Source: Prevotella sp.
GTDB taxonomy: Bacteria; Bacteroidota; Bacteroidia; Bacteroidales; Dysgonomonadaceae
Assembly: GCA_031285625.1 (NCBI GenBank)
Contig: JAITVV010000017.1
Location: forward strand, 32,001-96,000
Length of the DNA: 64,000 bases
Direction: 5' to 3'
In this document: piece after piece, positions 60,897-64,000 of the stretch
How the letters are laid out: every line of letters starts with the position of its first letter
Position numbering within the stretch: the first letter of the stretch is position 1
Program-made: the position numbers and the translations under genes
Notes under the pieces: model-generated
What the model was told of the DNA's origin: nothing
Databases searched by the model: none
Seen by the model: the letters and a program-made list of their open reading frames with translations, nothing else

Positions 60897-61172
60897 CGTT
60901 GAGATGTCTCCTTGCAGTCGATATGACGAGAGAATAAGAAAAGGTAACAGCTAAAATAATACAAAAGGTGTAACCTTTGTCACCTTTTTTGCCTCGCCTT
61001 TCGGATTTACAATCCGACAAATGTAAAAATCCTCACATTTAGGATATCTTCGGATTGCAAATCCGAAGATACTGGGGAAACCGTTGAGATGTCTCCTTAC
61101 AGTCGACATGACGAGATAATAAGAAAAGGTAACAGCTAAAACAATGCAAAAGATGTAACCTTTGTCACCTTT
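60897..61172. repeat. Two 91-bp direct repeats flanking a pair of REP-like palindromes
   Basis: 60897-60987 and 61082-61172 differ at 6 positions with no indels; spacer carries TCGGATT-tac-AATCCGA and TATCTTCGGATT-gca-AATCCGAAGATA. Confidence 0.9.
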
Positions 61173-61324
61173 ATATTTAGTATATTAGCTATCAGGCTTC
61201 TGGTTTACTAATTCAACACCTAGTATACTTTGAAAATGTAAAACTAAGCGTTATTATTTTTATTTGATCAATGTGCAACTTTTCAGTTTTAAATTGCATC
61301 ATAATATATAGAGAGTAAAAACCA

Positions 61325-61885
61325 ATGGACGAACTACAGTTAATTGCCGGATGTAAACGTGGCGAATCATGGGCTCGTAAGAAATTATACGAGTTGCATG
61401 CTCCTGCTATGATGAGCGTTTGTATGCGGTATATTAATAATAGGGAAACGGCCAAAGATTTACTTCAGGATGGCTTCATAAAAGTATTCACAAAAATCGA
61501 CACTTATTCCGGCGCCGGGTCTTTTAAGGGGTGGATGCGCCGGGTCTTTGTAACAACAGCCCTTGAGCACCTTCGGCGTAACGATGCCCTACGGCTCAGT
61601 TCAGATATAGATGAGTATGACGATACTATTGAGAATATAGAAGCTTCTGCTGTAGACCAACTCTCTGCGAATGAATTATTAGCTTGTATAGCCAGGTTGC
61701 CTAATGGATATCGCACTGTTTTCAATCTGTATGCTATTGAGGGATATTCTCATAGCGAAATTGCTAACATGCTAAACATCAACGAAAGCACTTCCCGTTC
61801 ACAGTTTATTAGAGCACGGAAAGTTTTACAAAAAAGTGTGGAATCTTTAATAACGCATGCAAATGCAAGACAAAGAAAAGTATAA
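61325..61885 (+). CDS. ECF RNA polymerase sigma-70 factor
   Basis: DLLQDGFIKVF, GSFKGWMRR, LPNGYRTVFNLYAIEGYSHSEIA. Confidence 0.95.
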   Translation: MDELQLIAGCKRGESWARKKLYELHAPAMMSVCMRYINNRETAKDLLQDGFIKVFTKIDTYSGAGSFKGWMRRVFVTTALEHLRRNDALRLSSDIDEYDDTIENIEASAVDQLSANELLACIARLPNGYRTVFNLYAIEGYSHSEIANMLNINESTSRSQFIRARKVLQKSVESLITHANARQRKV

Positions 61886-63149
61886 AAGTCAACTTGACGG
61901 TTTCAGTGAACTGATAAGGCAAAAAGTGGAAAACCACACGATGCCTGTTGATGCAGACTGCTGGGATGAAATAGAACTACGCATGAATCCAAAAAGGCGG
62001 TCAATTGCGTGGTGGGTGGCTGGTTCTGCGGCCGCAGCTGCAATCTTACTTATACTTTTATTCTTTCCGTATGGAAAGGATGAAAGCTTATACCTCGAGG
62101 CTGTTCAAACAAATGAATTTATAGACTTTATCTCATCACCGACACAATTAGGAAAAGATAAAGAAGACCAAACTGTAAAGAAAAAAATTGAAAGACAAAA
62201 TATAACAATAAAGAAATCTACAGGAAGCGTCCAGTTGATTTCACAACAAGCAAGTAAGACAATATCAGAAAAAGATGGTTCGTCCGGCACAACGCAACCT
62301 GTTGAAAATTCTCTGTTAATGATTGATAGTGTCCAGCTTGCAACTATTGGCAATTCTCTCACAATTGCAGATCCTGATGATGAGCCTGACCAACTAGTAA
62401 CAGACTCTGTCCCTTCTCGGATGAAAAAGGAAATTAGAAAAGAAGAAAAACCAACTAAAATTTTGATTGAAAAGACTAAGAAACAAGACAAGTGGCTGTT
62501 AGCAGCATCTTTCTCCTCAGGAGGGAGCTCTTCTATCGGAGGTGAAGCACAAAAAGGCTATGACTTTTTAAGTTCCTTGCCTCCGGCATTAGAAGATGCA
62601 TCTTCTCCCGAAGACTATGGCAGCAAGTTTCTCTCATATGAAGAATTCTCAAGTGTAAACCACTCTATGCCTATATCATTCGGCCTCTCTGTACGTAAAA
62701 ATCTCAATGATCGTATTGGCGTTGAAGCAGGTCTGATGTATACTTATCTGTCTTCAAAATTCAATAATGGCGGTCATGCACGGGCAAAACAAGAATTACA
62801 CTATTTAGGTATTCCTGTCAATGTCATAGTTTATATATGGAATAATCCAAACTGGAGTATATATGCTTCAGCAGGAGGTATGGCAGAAAAAGGCCTAAGA
62901 ATGAATTTAACTCAAAGTGTATATCAGGGCAACAATCCGCCATCCGAACTTTCCGTAAAAGAAAGTATAGACGGACTACAATGGTCTATAAATGCATCGA
63001 TAGGTATTTCATACAAATTTTATCAGAATTGGGGACTGTATTTCGAGCCGCGTTATTCTTATTTCTTTGACAACAATCAACCTTTTAGTATTCGTACTGA
63101 GAACTCCCAGACATTTGGTCTTAGTGCCGGGTTAAGATATGAGTTTTAA
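61857..63149 (+). CDS. Putative anti-sigma factor with TM helix, linker and C-terminal outer-membrane beta-barrel
   Basis: WDEIELRM; TM WWVAGSAAAAAILLILLF; barrel HYLGIPVN...GLRYEF; overlaps the sigma gene. Confidence 0.8.
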   Translation: MQMQDKEKYKSQLDGFSELIRQKVENHTMPVDADCWDEIELRMNPKRRSIAWWVAGSAAAAAILLILLFFPYGKDESLYLEAVQTNEFIDFISSPTQLGKDKEDQTVKKKIERQNITIKKSTGSVQLISQQASKTISEKDGSSGTTQPVENSLLMIDSVQLATIGNSLTIADPDDEPDQLVTDSVPSRMKKEIRKEEKPTKILIEKTKKQDKWLLAASFSSGGSSSIGGEAQKGYDFLSSLPPALEDASSPEDYGSKFLSYEEFSSVNHSMPISFGLSVRKNLNDRIGVEAGLMYTYLSSKFNNGGHARAKQELHYLGIPVNVIVYIWNNPNWSIYASAGGMAEKGLRMNLTQSVYQGNNPPSELSVKESIDGLQWSINASIGISYKFYQNWGLYFEPRYSYFFDNNQPFSIRTENSQTFGLSAGLRYEF

Positions 63150-63270
63150 ACATTAACATTATAATGTATTGCTGACGACGGACTATATCAATACGATTAT
63201 TCAGACCTGAAAAATATAAAACAATTAAGTAAGTTATCCATAGGACAATAAATGCCTTTTTTAATTTTGT

Positions 63271-63303
63271 TAAAGCACTGCGTTACTATTCGTAGTGCTT
63301 TTA
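63271..63303. terminator. Terminator between convergent genes
   Basis: TAAAGCACTGCG ... CGTAGTGCTTTTA. Confidence 0.6.
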
Positions 63304-63319
63304 TTGTAAAAGGCTACAA

Positions 63320-64000
63320 TCACAAAGAATAAAGTTCTTTATCTTCAGCCAGATTTCTAATATATTCCTTCTGATGTTGAAAAAAATCCATTTGAGTTGC
63401 TTCATTTGAAGCTGTTATCAATACCGAATTCTTCATTAAAGACTCTAAACTTCTTTTATGTATCGAGCATAAATTTTTATCAACTGTCAATAGAGGCTGC
63501 ATACTATACTGATAAAAGAAGGTTTTACATTTCTCATCACATTCTATATACATACTATTGCTATATACATTGAGATATGATAAGAAGAGTGAATGAGTTA
63601 CACCTAAATGCATTCCATTTAAGGCCAATAGTTCTGTATGTTTTATTATTTCATTCAGGTCACTGGCTATAAGATGTAATTCCCTATTATTTATAAGTTT
63701 TCTTCTATAATAATATTGAATATCCTTTATAGTATTAAAATAAATAAGTTTATCCAATATAAATATTGTGTTGTTTATATCCTTTAATTGAGTAAGCACC
63801 TTATTTTTTTTCTCTATTATCTCTGTCGGTATTATTATATCTTCCAAACATATCTTTAGGGGGTTTTTAGATGATTGTATCAGGTACTTATAATAAAAGA
63901 ATTTGAAAAGATTATCTGACCCTACAGTGTATACAAGCCAGAGATTATTCATTGCAAATATAGCCTTACGAGTCCCCGATTTATTTTCTGCTAATAAATT
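63320..64000 (-). CDS. C-terminal part of a Bacteroidota helix-turn-helix-domain protein family member (5' end outside the window)
   Basis: Frame open to the window edge; LFKFFYYKY, CSIHKRSLESLMKNSVLITASNEATQMDFFQHQ. Confidence 0.6.
   Translation of the reverse strand, partial: NLLAENKSGTRKAIFAMNNLWLVYTVGSDNLFKFFYYKYLIQSSKNPLKICLEDIIIPTEIIEKKNKVLTQLKDINNTIFILDKLIYFNTIKDIQYYYRRKLINNRELHLIASDLNEIIKHTELLALNGMHLGVTHSLFLSYLNVYSNSMYIECDEKCKTFFYQYSMQPLLTVDKNLCSIHKRSLESLMKNSVLITASNEATQMDFFQHQKEYIRNLAEDKELYSL

Noticed and set aside
60897-61172. Possible CRISPR array
   Set aside because: Only two 91-bp repeats with a palindromic spacer, the wrong sizes for CRISPR, and no cas genes.

Overview
This AT-rich window is from a Bacteroidota (Bacteroidales, Dysgonomonas-like) chromosome, judged by TAnnTTTG -7 promoter boxes, T9SS cargo, lipoproteins with acidic export signals and typical gene neighbourhoods. 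The first ~7.8 kb looks like the right end of a genomic island. It holds a truncated AbiEii-like toxin remnant and a translationally coupled pair (a membrane-anchored 510-aa protein and a secreted ~1850-aa TPR protein), and ends at a 17-nt copy of the tmRNA 3' end (putative attR). Next come a LuxR pseudogene and a minus-strand cluster: an unannotated HU-like micro-ORF, a TonB-dependent receptor, a His-less pseudo-kinase, a LytS kinase, a LytTR regulator and CydD/CydC-like ABC exporters. The rest is mostly housekeeping (proC, folB, aminopeptidase P, ppk2, corA, rsmA, pepD, cobB, two FKBPs, Lrp, rluD, ddl, recF, DUF721, DUF2723, ECF sigma/anti-sigma). Accessory inserts are a T9SS protein with a small C-terminally anchored partner, three tandem pilin-like lipoproteins, and REP-like repeats. 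No rRNA, intact tRNA, CRISPR array, integrase or transposase was seen. All product calls come from motif recognition by eye, not database searches.
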